A stretch of DNA of 61,682 bases, the filler included, from Actinomycetota bacterium (lineage in GTDB: Bacteria; Actinomycetota; Acidimicrobiia; IMCC26256; VFJJ01), in the NCBI GenBank assembly GCA_009886115.1. It is 5 parts of 5 records of this genome, joined end to end, with 100 filler letters (N's around TTAATTAATTAA, not from the genome) between each part and the next. Parts side by side here need not be neighbours in the genome. Positions count along the whole stretch, not along the records: positions 10,276 to 19,840 come from VFJJ01000110.1; positions 19,941 to 27,488 come from VFJJ01000028.1; 3 more parts are not named here. One strand, 5' to 3'. The notes below the pieces were generated by a model that did no database searches, was not told the origin of the DNA, and saw only the letters and a program-made list of their open reading frames with translations. Positions 10,381 to 19,943 of the stretch are shown here, piece by piece (within the stretch, counting starts at the first letter, position 1; every line of letters begins with the position of its first letter). Position numbers and translations under genes: made by a program.

Positions 10381-13300
10381 TCAGGGCCGACCGGCCGTGG
10401 CTCGCGCGCCCACGTCGGCGACGACATCGGCGATGGCGTCATCGAGATCGGCGATCACGACCTCGATCGCTTCCGGGCCGCGACAGAACACGAGGACGGC
10501 CGCCGTGACCGACCGGGCCGTCGCCTGCTCGACGGCGAGGGCGTAGGCCGCGACCTGCCGGCGGTAGCCCGGGAGACGACGCTCGAGGTCGACGGGAGAC
10601 TCGATGGCGTCGGTCTTGTAGTCGACGATGACGAGACCGTCGAGCGTGTCGCCGAGCAGGTCGACGAACCCCTCGACGACCACCCCGGTGTCGCCGACGA
10701 GCGCGGCCACGAACACCTCCCTCCACACCCGGGGCCCGGCCATGAGGCGCTGCACCGTCGGCGACGACCATGCGGTGCGCACAGCGAGCTCGATGTCGGT
10801 CACCCGGTCGGGCACCCCCTCGATCACCGCGTGCTCGGCCGCCAGCTCGACGACACTCGCACCCGACGCTCCGGCATCGAGCTCGTGCAGCACTGCGTGA
10901 ACGGCGCGCCCCACGGCGCTGGCGGCCCGTTGACGCCCCGTCGCCTCGGCCGGCGCCGCCTTCATCGGTGCCGCCACGATCGGCGACGCCGCCCGGAACC
11001 CGACGTGGCCGTCGGCGTCGTCGTGCAGGCTCGTCGCCGCGATGGTCACGGGGCGCATCGCGGCGAACAGCGCCGCCTCGCGACGCTCGGTCCAGCGCGC
11101 CAGCGCCTCCCGGGGATCGACCCCGTCAACCGCAGACCCGTCAACCGCAGGCACCGCGGGCACGGGAGCAGGCCGTGGGTGCTGCTCCCGGCGGGCGGCA
11201 GGGGCTCCGACGGGCGTCGGGGCATCGAGGCCGAGCACCCCCGCGAGGACCGACGCGTGCGACCTCGTGTCAGACGCCGTCCGGTGCAGGCTCACCACCA
11301 GATGGTCGCGGGCGCGCGTCGCGGCCACGTAGAGCACCCGGAGCCGCTCGTGCTCGTCGACGGCCTGCTCGCTCTGGGCCAGGGCCTCGTAGCCGGCGGT
11401 CATCCCGATGGTCGCGTTGATGCGGATCTCGGGCGACCCGTCGTCGTCCCACAAGATCCTCGTTGCTGGGCCGCTGGCCGCGTTGGCCACGTTGAGGCCG
11501 GCGAGCACGACGATCGGGAACTCGAGGCCCTTGGCCGCGTGCACCGTGAGGATGCGAACGGCGTCGTCGTCGGCATCGGGCAGCACCGACTCGTGGACGG
11601 CCGCCCGTTCGTCAGCCTGGCGTTCGGCCCATCCGAGGAACCGTCTGAGCACCGCTCCCGCGGCCATGCCCCCCGATGACGAGCCAGCGCCCGCGCTGGT
11701 GGTCGAGCCCGCTCCAGCGAAACGCCGGGCCTCGTCGGCGACGAAGCGCAGCCGGCGCCAGTGGTCGCGGGGCCGGCGGTGCGAGAGGGCCAGCTCGTAC
11801 AGGCGAAGCTCGCTGATGGTGTGATCGACGAGGCTGCCGAGGGCCATCCACCAGCGGCGCTCGTGCAGGCGCCGCAAGACCGCCAGAGCGTCATCGACGG
11901 GACGACCCGTGGGACCGCCCGGGGCGACGGTTCCGTCGGCTCGGTAGTCGAACCCACCCCCGGCTCGAACGTGGGCCAGGAGATCGTCGTCGCCGCAGCC
12001 CAGCGCCGGGGTCCGCAGGGCAGCCAGAACCGCCACCTCGTCAGTGGGATCGTCGAGGCTGCGGAGCACGACGAGCAGCTCCCGCAGATCGTCCGTCGAC
12101 CAGACCAGCGTCCGACTCTCGACCCTGAAGGGGATCGCCGCCGTCTCGAGCGCCCGCTCGACGACCGGCAGGCCCGTGCGGGTGGGCAGCAGGACGGCAA
12201 CGTCTCCGAAGCGGGCCGGGCGACCCGGGCGCTCGGGCCCGCTCTCGACGATCCACCCATCGGCCACGGCCCCGGCGATCGTCGCCGCGAGCTCGACGGC
12301 CTCGTGCTCACGAACGGCCCCGATCGAGAGGTCGGACGGGTGGGCTCCACCGAGACACACCACCGAGGAAGCGGCGCTGGTCTCACGAGCCACGACGAGG
12401 GGTTCGTACCGGGGCTGACGACCCGGATCGCCCTCGCCGATCAGCTCACCGAAGACCGCGTTGACCCAGTTCACCACGGTTGCACTCGAACGGAAGTTGC
12501 GAGTGAGCGAGAGTCGTCGGGCGCCGAGCTCGTGCCCTGCAGCCAGGAAGAGCCCGATGTCGGCCCGGCGGAAGCGGTAGATCGACTGCTTGGCGTCGCC
12601 CACCAGGAACAGTCGACCCGGATCGACGGCAGCCTGTCGCCAACCGGGTCGCCCTCCCGGGGTGCGTTGGCTCCCCGCGATCGCAGCGCTCGGTGACGAC
12701 GAGGGAGCCTCGGGACTCGACGCCAAGAGCACGGCCAGCTCGAGCTGGAGCGGATCGGTGTCCTGGAACTCGTCGACGAGCAGGTGCGTGTAGCGCTTGC
12801 TCAGCGCGGAGCGGACCTCGGGATGGTTGCGGACCAGTCGGACGGCCTGGACGAGGAGATCGTGGAACAGGAGGCGGCCGTCGCGACGTCGCCGATCGGC
12901 CTGGGCCAGCGTGAAGGTCTCGAGCTCGGGCACCAGGCGGGCCAGCACCCGCTCGAGGGCCTGGCGCCGGGCCTCCGAGCGGCGATCATGGAGCGCCCGG
13001 AGACGCTGGCGGACGGCAGCCACGTCGGGCCATGCACCCTTGTGCCCGTTGCCACACTTCAGCGCCGGCTCCTCCGCGAGCAGCTCGATGATGTCGAGCG
13101 CGGTCTCGGACGCCGGGGCCGCGGACGCCGGGGGGTCGGATGCTGCGACCTCCTCCCACGCGGCGACGTATGCCGCGAGACCGTCGATGTGGACAGCCAG
13201 CCGATCGTCGTCGTTCGTGCAGCGCGCACGCTCCGCCTGGATGGCCCGCAGCTCGCTGACGAACCAACGACCCTCCTCCACGAGCGCTGCGGTCGCCCCG

Positions 13301-14037
13301 GCGTCATCGGCGGCTGCGGCTGCGGACGCGGCGGACATCTCGGCATCGACGTCGCTCGCACTCGGTGGCACCCGCACCCGGTCCCACGAGTCGTTGAGCT
13401 GGCGGGCGAGCTCGCGAAGGTGATCGATCCGCAGACCGAGCGCGAAGGCCCGGACGAGCACCGACCGGAGAACGGAGCGTTCGAGGAGCTCGTCGACCCA
13501 GGCCTCGAAGGCCTCGTCGAACGCCATGGCCGACTCGATCTCGTCGAGCACCTCGACCCGGGGCGGCATTCCGGCGACGAGCGGGTGCTCGGCGAGGATC
13601 CGCTGGGCGAAGCCGTGCAACGTGGCCAGGGCAGCCTCGTCGAGATCGTCGAGCGCGGCCTGGCACCGATCGGCCCGCTCTCGGTCGTTGGCAACCAGGG
13701 CCGCTGCGGTCTCGAGCTCGAGCGTGGTCCTCACGCGGTCGCGGAGCTCGGCGGCAGCCTTCTCGGTGAAGGTGATGGCGGCGATCGTCCGCACGGACAC
13801 CCGACCCTCGACGACGAGCGCCACGATGCGCGACACCAGAGCCGTCGTCTTGCCCGCCCCGGCGCCCGCTTCCACGAACAGGGTCTCTTCGAGCCCGGTG
13901 GCGATCAGGTGACGAGCCCACAGATCGGGGTCGCCGGTCCCGGAGAGGGTGGGGGCTTCGACCTCGGCGACCGTGACCGCCGGGTGATCGCCGACGTCGA
14001 AGATCGACAGCTGCGAATCGGGGACGCGCCGGGCCAT
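10381..14037 (-). CDS. addA: AddA/UvrD-like ATP-dependent helicase-nuclease
   Basis: EAGAGAGKTT, ITFTEKAAAEL, VDEFQDTD, VGDAKQSIYRFR, TVHAAKGLEF, LYVAATRAR; C-terminal GFVDLL..IVDYKTD nuclease; ATG 14037 overlaps upstream TGA. Confidence 0.9.
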   Translation of the reverse strand: MARRVPDSQLSIFDVGDHPAVTVAEVEAPTLSGTGDPDLWARHLIATGLEETLFVEAGAGAGKTTALVSRIVALVVEGRVSVRTIAAITFTEKAAAELRDRVRTTLELETAAALVANDRERADRCQAALDDLDEAALATLHGFAQRILAEHPLVAGMPPRVEVLDEIESAMAFDEAFEAWVDELLERSVLRSVLVRAFALGLRIDHLRELARQLNDSWDRVRVPPSASDVDAEMSAASAAAAADDAGATAALVEEGRWFVSELRAIQAERARCTNDDDRLAVHIDGLAAYVAAWEEVAASDPPASAAPASETALDIIELLAEEPALKCGNGHKGAWPDVAAVRQRLRALHDRRSEARRQALERVLARLVPELETFTLAQADRRRRDGRLLFHDLLVQAVRLVRNHPEVRSALSKRYTHLLVDEFQDTDPLQLELAVLLASSPEAPSSSPSAAIAGSQRTPGGRPGWRQAAVDPGRLFLVGDAKQSIYRFRRADIGLFLAAGHELGARRLSLTRNFRSSATVVNWVNAVFGELIGEGDPGRQPRYEPLVVARETSAASSVVCLGGAHPSDLSIGAVREHEAVELAATIAGAVADGWIVESGPERPGRPARFGDVAVLLPTRTGLPVVERALETAAIPFRVESRTLVWSTDDLRELLVVLRSLDDPTDEVAVLAALRTPALGCGDDDLLAHVRAGGGFDYRADGTVAPGGPTGRPVDDALAVLRRLHERRWWMALGSLVDHTISELRLYELALSHRRPRDHWRRLRFVADEARRFAGAGSTTSAGAGSSSGGMAAGAVLRRFLGWAERQADERAAVHESVLPDADDDAVRILTVHAAKGLEFPIVVLAGLNVANAASGPATRILWDDDGSPEIRINATIGMTAGYEALAQSEQAVDEHERLRVLYVAATRARDHLVVSLHRTASDTRSHASVLAGVLGLDAPTPVGAPAARREQHPRPAPVPAVPAVDGSAVDGVDPREALARWTERREAALFAAMRPVTIAATSLHDDADGHVGFRAASPIVAAPMKAAPAEATGRQRAASAVGRAVHAVLHELDAGASGASVVELAAEHAVIEGVPDRVTDIELAVRTAWSSPTVQRLMAGPRVWREVFVAALVGDTGVVVEGFVDLLGDTLDGLVIVDYKTDAIESPVDLERRLPGYRRQVAAYALAVEQATARSVTAAVLVFCRGPEAIEVVIADLDDAIADVVADVGARATAGRP

Positions 14038-17000
14038 CAGGTCGCCAACCCCGGCGCCGAGCCCGACGCCGAGCCCGACGCCGAGCCGACCGGCGACGAA
14101 CCCGGGGCCAGAGCGACCATCGTGTCTTCGGCGTCGAGCGGAAGCTGTCGAGCGGGCGGGGGGCCCTCGACGAGCCGGACGTAGGGATCGAGCTCGGGGC
14201 TGGTTCGGACCTGTTCCCAGATGGCGAGGCGACTGGTGCTGCACACCATGTCGTAGTCGCACCATTGGCAGTGCTCGTGCGAGCCGTCGCGGCCGGATGC
14301 GCCGGGCCGGGCCGGGAAGCGACCCTGGGTGATGCCGTCGACGATGGTCGCGACCGCTTGGCCCAGCTCGGCCACGACCTCGTCGTCGACGGTCACCTGA
14401 CGCTGCGCGAACTGGGCCCGCCGCGAGACGAAGAAGTACACGGCCGTCACCGGAAGCTCGCCATGGCGTTGCCGGGCCGCCAGGGCGTAGATGGGGAGCT
14501 GGAGACGGGCTCCTCGGGAGATCGCGGCCTTGGGCCCGGCGTAGGCCGTGGCACTGCCGGTCTTGTAGTCGATCACCACGAGGTGTCGACCGTCGGGCGA
14601 ACGGTCGATCCGGTCGATCCGGCCCCGGAAACGGATCGGCGTCCCGTCGGCCATTGCGAGCTCGACCGCCGGATCGCCCCCGTCGAGCCCGAAGGCGACC
14701 TCGACCCCCTCGGCGTCGGGAACCACGCCGAGCCGTTGACGGAGACGGCGATCCGCGGCGAGGAACGCGTCGAGGTCGCGCACGAGCCGTCGGCGGGTGA
14801 CCTCCCACAGCAACGCCTTGCCGGTGAGGCCACGTCGCTCGTAGTCGGCGCAGACCTCGTCGGCGATCGTCCTGAGGGTGCGACGGTCGGCGCTCGTCCA
14901 GTCGTCCCCGGGGCGCACCGGCGCCGGCGCCGCCTTGACGAAGCGCTCGAGCACGTCGTGCACCAGGCTGCCTTTGTCGAGCGCGCTGAGCTCGAGGATG
15001 CGCTCGGGCCGGTCGAGGGCCGCGACACGGAGCTGCTTGTCGAAGAAGTAGCGCCGCGGGCACGTGGCGTACTCCTCTAGCGAGGTCGGCGATATCGGAC
15101 GGCCGGCCGCGGGTGACCAGTCGCCGAGGGCACCCACCGCGCCCTCGAAACGATCGAAACGACCCCGCCCCCGGCTGCGCCTGATCGCCAGGCCGGCGCG
15201 GAGTCGCTCGTCGTCGATCACGAGGGGGTGCATCTCGACGGGCGTTCCGCTGCGCGAGGCCCACAGCAGCACCTGGAGCCGGCGCTCGGTTGCCGACGAC
15301 GGCTCGGCGGCACGGGCCAGACCACCCTCGAACGACGGGACGACGGTGAGCCACGAGACGTCGCCGACACCGAGCCAGTCGTCACTCGACAGGCGTCGAC
15401 CCGCGTGCGCCGACGCTGCCGCGAGCACCAGTCGGGACGGCATCCGGACCCTCCCCCGTCTGGGGTCGGCCCGGGGCGAGACGAGGACCATCTCACGGGT
15501 GGCGCCGGCCAGCGCGCCCAGCATGTCGCGCTGCTCGTCGACACCCGGGCCCCAGCGCGCCATCCCGACGGCCACCCGCTCCCGGTTGGGGAGCGTGGCG
15601 TCGTCGGGCTCGACCGTGGGGAGCGAACCTTCGGCCAGCCCGAGCACGATCGCCGTCTCGAACTCGAGGCCGATCGCGCTCTGGAGCGGTCCCATGAACA
15701 GGCCCACCCCGAAACGGCCTTCGGAGATCGCCACCCTCCCCAACTCGTCGGCCAGGGCTCGGCGGAAGCCGGCGAGATCGGTGTGAGTTCTCGCCACGGC
15801 GCCATCGGCGAAGCCCGCCAGGGCTCCCAACTCGGCGAGATCGCCGAGGCGCTCGACGACGGCGTCGAACGCCACGAGCTCGCGCTCGGGCCACGCTGCG
15901 CGCTGCGCCGGGGGGCCGAGGAAGCGTTCCAGGAGCCCGACGGCCCAATCGCTCAAGCCGGGCCATGTGGTCGCCGTCCCGGGGTCGAGGGCGGCGATCA
16001 GCCCCTCGATGAACGCTGCCAACCGCTCTGCCGCGTGGGCATCGTCGAGCAACTGTCGTCGCTGCCCTTCGCGCTCGCCGTCGTCGCCTTCGGCGTCGTC
16101 GTCCGCGGCGTCGTCGTGGCCGGACGGGAGCCGATCGTGCTCGCGGCGCTGCCGGGCAGCCCAATGCGCCAGCGGCGACGCCCACCCGTCGAGCCCGCCG
16201 ACCACGCCGGCCCGCCGCGACACCCGCTCCCACAGAGCCGCGGGAACGGTGCGACCCGAGTCGTCGAGGATCGGCGCCGCGCTCATCCATTCGAGGACGG
16301 CGTCGCGGCGGAAGTCGGCGTCGACCAGAGCCAGGGCTGCGAGCAGCGTGCCCCCGGCCATCGATGCTGCGATCGATCGATGGGCGGCTCCGTGCCAGAC
16401 GAGCCCAGCGGCGGCGAGCTGATCGGTGACGATCGACGCGTAGGTGTCGGCCGTCGGGTAGAGGATCGCCAGGCGCGCCAGGTCGGTCCCGCCGTGGACG
16501 CGCTCGAGGACCAGACGTATCGCGGCGCGCACCTCCTCGTCGGGATCGGCCGCCGACACGAGGTGATCGGCCCTCGGCTCGGGCCGGGGCGCGGCAACGA
16601 CGACCGCAACGCCCGGGCATCGACCCAGCGCGTCGAGCAGGAGCCGCTCGTCGCTCGTGAGCATGGCGGGGAGCGCCACTCCGACCACGACCGCATCGAG
16701 CCCGCCAGGGAGACGCTCGGCTCCGGCGTCTCCGACCCTGCGGGCGCCGAGAGCCTCGAGGGCGGCGACCGTCACGTCGTGTTCGTCGTACCACCCTGTC
16801 GCCAGTCGTTGCTCGACCGCCGCGGTCACCCTCACCACGTCGGCCGCGCGACGGCTCTGCGAGCTCAGCGCCGCTCGCTCGGACCGACCGAGCGCACGCA
16901 CGTCGCGACAGGCTCGTTGCATGCTCTGCTGGGTGCTGGGGTGCGCAGCCGCGTCGCCGAACGACCCCGGCTCCGCCGCCAGGGCGAGTCGGACGGCTTC

Positions 17001-17285
17001 AGCACGCAACGCGGGCGTCGACGGTCGACGCCGGGGACGACCGGAGCGCATGAGCGGGCGGGCCAGCCGCTCGGCCAACCGACCGAACGTGACGAACTCG
17101 ACGTTGAACAGGGGTATTCCCCGGGCGGGGAGCTGGCGCCGCCACGCCAGGGCCGCGTAGCTCGACGGGGCGACGACCACGATCGAGCGCAACGGGTCAC
17201 CGGTGTGAGCGGCCCGCACGGCCGCCCCGACCGAGGAGAGCAGATCGGTGGTTGGCTGCTCCTCGACCTCGGGCGGTTCGGTCAT
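14037..17285 (-). CDS. addB: AddB-like inactive helicase with PD-(D/E)XK nuclease and Fe-S cysteines
   Basis: SPTSLEEYATCPRRYF, RGRIDRID, VIDYKTG, HCQWCDYDMVC; translationally coupled to addA. Confidence 0.85.
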   Translation of the reverse strand: MTEPPEVEEQPTTDLLSSVGAAVRAAHTGDPLRSIVVVAPSSYAALAWRRQLPARGIPLFNVEFVTFGRLAERLARPLMRSGRPRRRPSTPALRAEAVRLALAAEPGSFGDAAAHPSTQQSMQRACRDVRALGRSERAALSSQSRRAADVVRVTAAVEQRLATGWYDEHDVTVAALEALGARRVGDAGAERLPGGLDAVVVGVALPAMLTSDERLLLDALGRCPGVAVVVAAPRPEPRADHLVSAADPDEEVRAAIRLVLERVHGGTDLARLAILYPTADTYASIVTDQLAAAGLVWHGAAHRSIAASMAGGTLLAALALVDADFRRDAVLEWMSAAPILDDSGRTVPAALWERVSRRAGVVGGLDGWASPLAHWAARQRREHDRLPSGHDDAADDDAEGDDGEREGQRRQLLDDAHAAERLAAFIEGLIAALDPGTATTWPGLSDWAVGLLERFLGPPAQRAAWPERELVAFDAVVERLGDLAELGALAGFADGAVARTHTDLAGFRRALADELGRVAISEGRFGVGLFMGPLQSAIGLEFETAIVLGLAEGSLPTVEPDDATLPNRERVAVGMARWGPGVDEQRDMLGALAGATREMVLVSPRADPRRGRVRMPSRLVLAAASAHAGRRLSSDDWLGVGDVSWLTVVPSFEGGLARAAEPSSATERRLQVLLWASRSGTPVEMHPLVIDDERLRAGLAIRRSRGRGRFDRFEGAVGALGDWSPAAGRPISPTSLEEYATCPRRYFFDKQLRVAALDRPERILELSALDKGSLVHDVLERFVKAAPAPVRPGDDWTSADRRTLRTIADEVCADYERRGLTGKALLWEVTRRRLVRDLDAFLAADRRLRQRLGVVPDAEGVEVAFGLDGGDPAVELAMADGTPIRFRGRIDRIDRSPDGRHLVVIDYKTGSATAYAGPKAAISRGARLQLPIYALAARQRHGELPVTAVYFFVSRRAQFAQRQVTVDDEVVAELGQAVATIVDGITQGRFPARPGASGRDGSHEHCQWCDYDMVCSTSRLAIWEQVRTSPELDPYVRLVEGPPPARQLPLDAEDTMVALAPGSSPVGSASGSASGSAPGLAT

Positions 17286-17350
17286 CGCTGGTGAGCGTAC
17301 GACGCCCTTACGACAGGTCCCGCGACGTTGCCGAGCGAACGACGGACGCC

Positions 17351-17770
17351 TCAGCCGCGAGCGAGCCCGTCGCGGATCGTGTCGGCGACGCGGGTCATCT
17401 CCACCGCGTCGTCGTACTTCTGGCGGGGCCAGAAGAAGCCGCGCAACCCGTCGCCCTTGGTTCGGGGGACGACGTGGACGTGCAGGTGCGGCACGCTCTG
17501 GCTGACCCGGTTGTTCACCGCAACGAACGTGCCCTCGGCTCCGAGCGCCGCCGGCACGACGGACGCCAGGCGTTGGACGGCGGCGAACAGCGGGGCGACG
17601 AGCGCCAGATCGAGGTCATCCAGGCTCTCGACGTGGTCGCTCGGCACCACGAGCACGTGGCCCTTGAACAGCGGACGGGCATCGAGGAAGGCCACGACCG
17701 GCCCGGCCCTGAGCACGATCTCGGCCGGTGCCGATCCCCCGACGATGCCGCAGAAGACACACGAGCCCAT
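17351..17770 (-). CDS. HIT family hydrolase
   Basis: CVFC, GHVLVVP, QSVPHLHVHVVPR. Confidence 0.93.
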   Translation of the reverse strand: MGSCVFCGIVGGSAPAEIVLRAGPVVAFLDARPLFKGHVLVVPSDHVESLDDLDLALVAPLFAAVQRLASVVPAALGAEGTFVAVNNRVSQSVPHLHVHVVPRTKGDGLRGFFWPRQKYDDAVEMTRVADTIRDGLARG

Positions 17771-17793
17771 CGCTCACCCCCCGAAGCCGTACG

Positions 17794-18465
17794 ATGCCAT
17801 CGATGCGTCCCGCCATCGTGCACGACCGCTGCGCCAGGATCGCATCTTCGAGGGTGGTCGGTCGCGCCGGCGTTGCAGGCGCGACCGTGATCTTGGTGGC
17901 GTTGCTGAGCTCCTGCGGTGTGGCCCGGTACGGCGACGACGCTTCCGCGACCTCGGCCCCGGGGCCCGACGGCACGACCGCCGCGGGTGTCACGACCACC
18001 GCGTCGTCGACGACGTCGACGACGACGCGGACCGCCCCCACGGCGACGACCGACAACCGCCAGGCCACCGAGGACATCAGCGAGGCGTCCGACACGGCCG
18101 TCTCGCTCGACACCCGCAGCCCCTATTGCACGATCGTGCGGAACTGGGCCGAGATCGATCCGACCCTGGCCGACTCGTACGATCCGGCCGACCCGGCGTT
18201 GCTCGAGGCCGCGTACCGCGCGACCGCCGAGGAGAAGCGGCAGCTCACCGAGGTGGCGCCGCCCGAGATCGCTGCTGACGTCGCCCTCGTGAGCACCTAC
18301 TGGGAGACTGTGATCGAGATCTTCGCCGCCGCCCGATGGGACTACGCCCGGCTCTTCCGGCGCCCCGATGCCGAAACCACAGCCGCGGTCCAGGGCGATC
18401 GGGCGACCCAGAACGCCCTCACCCGCATCAACGAACACGACGCCCGGGTCTGCGGCCTGGGCTGA
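17794..18465 (+). CDS. putative lipoprotein (Thr-rich linker, helical domain with YC...VCG)
   Basis: Lipobox LLSSC; paralogous to the next gene; start uncertain (17794, 17803 or later). Confidence 0.7.
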   Translation: MPSMRPAIVHDRCARIASSRVVGRAGVAGATVILVALLSSCGVARYGDDASATSAPGPDGTTAAGVTTTASSTTSTTTRTAPTATTDNRQATEDISEASDTAVSLDTRSPYCTIVRNWAEIDPTLADSYDPADPALLEAAYRATAEEKRQLTEVAPPEIAADVALVSTYWETVIEIFAAARWDYARLFRRPDAETTAAVQGDRATQNALTRINEHDARVCGLG

Positions 18466-18564
18466 GGGCTGCGGGCCTGGGAGTCGAGGGCGGTCACCGG
18501 CCGATCGCTCATCAACCAGCCGGGCGGGCTGTCCGTCCCTTTCGCCCAAGTCCGTCCCTTTCGC

Positions 18565-18592
18565 TCAAGTATGGGCACATGTGTGCCGATGC
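18565..18592 (+). promoter_or_regulatory. putative sigma-28 (FliA/WhiG-type) promoter
   Basis: TCAAG-N15-GCCGATGC about 60 nt before the lipoprotein start. Confidence 0.4.
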
Positions 18593-18653
18593 TCCCGTCC
18601 GATGAGGAAGGTCGACTCGCGCCCTTCCACACGTCCAGGGAGAGCGCCGCGAC

Positions 18654-19091
18654 ATGATGCAACGACGATTCACGATTCCCGCACTGTTGATGAGCGGTGT
18701 CCTCGTCTTCACTGCATGCGGTGACGACGACGATGATGCGGCCGGTGGTTCGGGCGGCTCGTCGGTCGACTACTGCGCTGTCGCTCGCGACGCCAGTGCT
18801 GCATTCGACTCGCTCAGCGCCGAGTCGACCCCCGAGGACGTCGAGGACGTGTACAACGAAGTGGCCGACGCGATCGACTCTGTCAGCGGCAACGTTCCGG
18901 CCGAGATCGCCGACGCCTTCGAACTCAACGCCGAGCGGTTCGAGGCAGCTCGTGCCGCCTTCGCGGCGGCCGACTTCGACCCAGCTGCAGTCGACACCCA
19001 GGCGCTCGAGGAGTTCGAGACCGAGGAGTACAGCGCGGCCACGGATGCCGTCGACCTCTACGACACCGAGGTCTGCGGCATCGAGGGTTGA
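18654..19091 (+). CDS. putative acidic lipoprotein
   Basis: Lipobox VFTAC-GDDDD, YC...VPAEIADA...VCG. Confidence 0.8.
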   Translation: MMQRRFTIPALLMSGVLVFTACGDDDDDAAGGSGGSSVDYCAVARDASAAFDSLSAESTPEDVEDVYNEVADAIDSVSGNVPAEIADAFELNAERFEAARAAFAAADFDPAAVDTQALEEFETEEYSAATDAVDLYDTEVCGIEG

Positions 19092-19278
19092 GCACGTCCC
19101 AACCGCCCACCCACGACAGCGCCAGTTCACGCCGGCCGGTCCCTCGGGGCCGGCCGTGCCGCGCCCGGGAACGGGGTCTCCAGCTGGCGAACGTCGTCGT
19201 CGTCGGGCACGATGACGACGCATCCGCCCAATCGGCGCGAATCGTCCATCAGCTAAAACTTCCCCGGGGGAACCAGCA

Positions 19279-19662
19279 ATGAAGAAGATGCTCCAAGAGT
19301 TCAAGGAGTTCGCGTTCAGCGGCAACCTCATCACCTTGGCCGTGGCGTTCATCATGGCCGCTGCCTTCGGCGCGCTCGTGACGTCGCTCGTCGACAACAT
19401 CGTCTTGCAGATCGTCGCCGCCATCGTCGGCAAGCCCGACTTCAGCGAGGTCGCCTTCGACCTCGGCGACGCGACGATCCGGATCGGGTCGTTCTTCACC
19501 AGCCTCGTCACGTTCATCACGATCGCGTTCGTGATGTTCATGATCGTCAAGGCGTACAAGGCCAACGAGGCCAAGAAGAAGACCGGCGCCGTCACCCCCG
19601 ACGAGCCGTCGGACGAGGTCAAGCTCCTCACCGAGATCCGCGACGCGCTGCGCGCCCGCTGA
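19279..19662 (+). CDS. mscL: large-conductance mechanosensitive channel
   Basis: EFKEFAFSGNLITLAVAFIMAAAF, LLTEIRDAL. Confidence 0.95.
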   Translation: MKKMLQEFKEFAFSGNLITLAVAFIMAAAFGALVTSLVDNIVLQIVAAIVGKPDFSEVAFDLGDATIRIGSFFTSLVTFITIAFVMFMIVKAYKANEAKKKTGAVTPDEPSDEVKLLTEIRDALRAR

Positions 19663-19727
19663 GCCACCCAGGCTCGCAGACTCCGGTACGGTTGCCATCC
19701 GCCACGCCTGCGTGGCACCACACGCAC

Positions 19728-19811
19728 GCGAGCGTGGCGGAATGGCAGACGCCCTGGATTTAGGTTCCAGTGTCGCAAGACGTGGGGGTTCGAGTCCCCC
19801 CGCTCGCACCA
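19728..19811 (+). tRNA. tRNA-Leu(TAG)
   Basis: GCGAGCG acceptor stem, CTGGA-TTTAGGT-TCCAG anticodon arm, variable arm, GTTCGAGT T loop, encoded CCA. Confidence 0.95.
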
Positions 19812-19840
19812 GCACACGCTGCGCTCACGGTCTTGCCGGC

Positions 19841-19940
19841 NNNNNNNNNNNNNNNNNNNNNNNNNNNNNNNNNNNNNNNNNNNNTTAATTAATTAANNNN
19901 NNNNNNNNNNNNNNNNNNNNNNNNNNNNNNNNNNNNNNNN
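19841..19940. other. artificial contig linker
   Basis: N run with TTAATTAATTAA. Confidence 0.98.
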
Positions 19941-19943
19941 ACA

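Noticed and set aside
14038..15354. N-terminal extension making the helicase 1657 aa
   Set aside because: Arg-rich off-frame overlap with addB; the coupled ATG at 14037 is the plausible start
10381..17285. Helicase-nuclease pair as a novel defence system
   Set aside because: Motifs and order fit an ordinary AddAB-type repair complex among housekeeping neighbours
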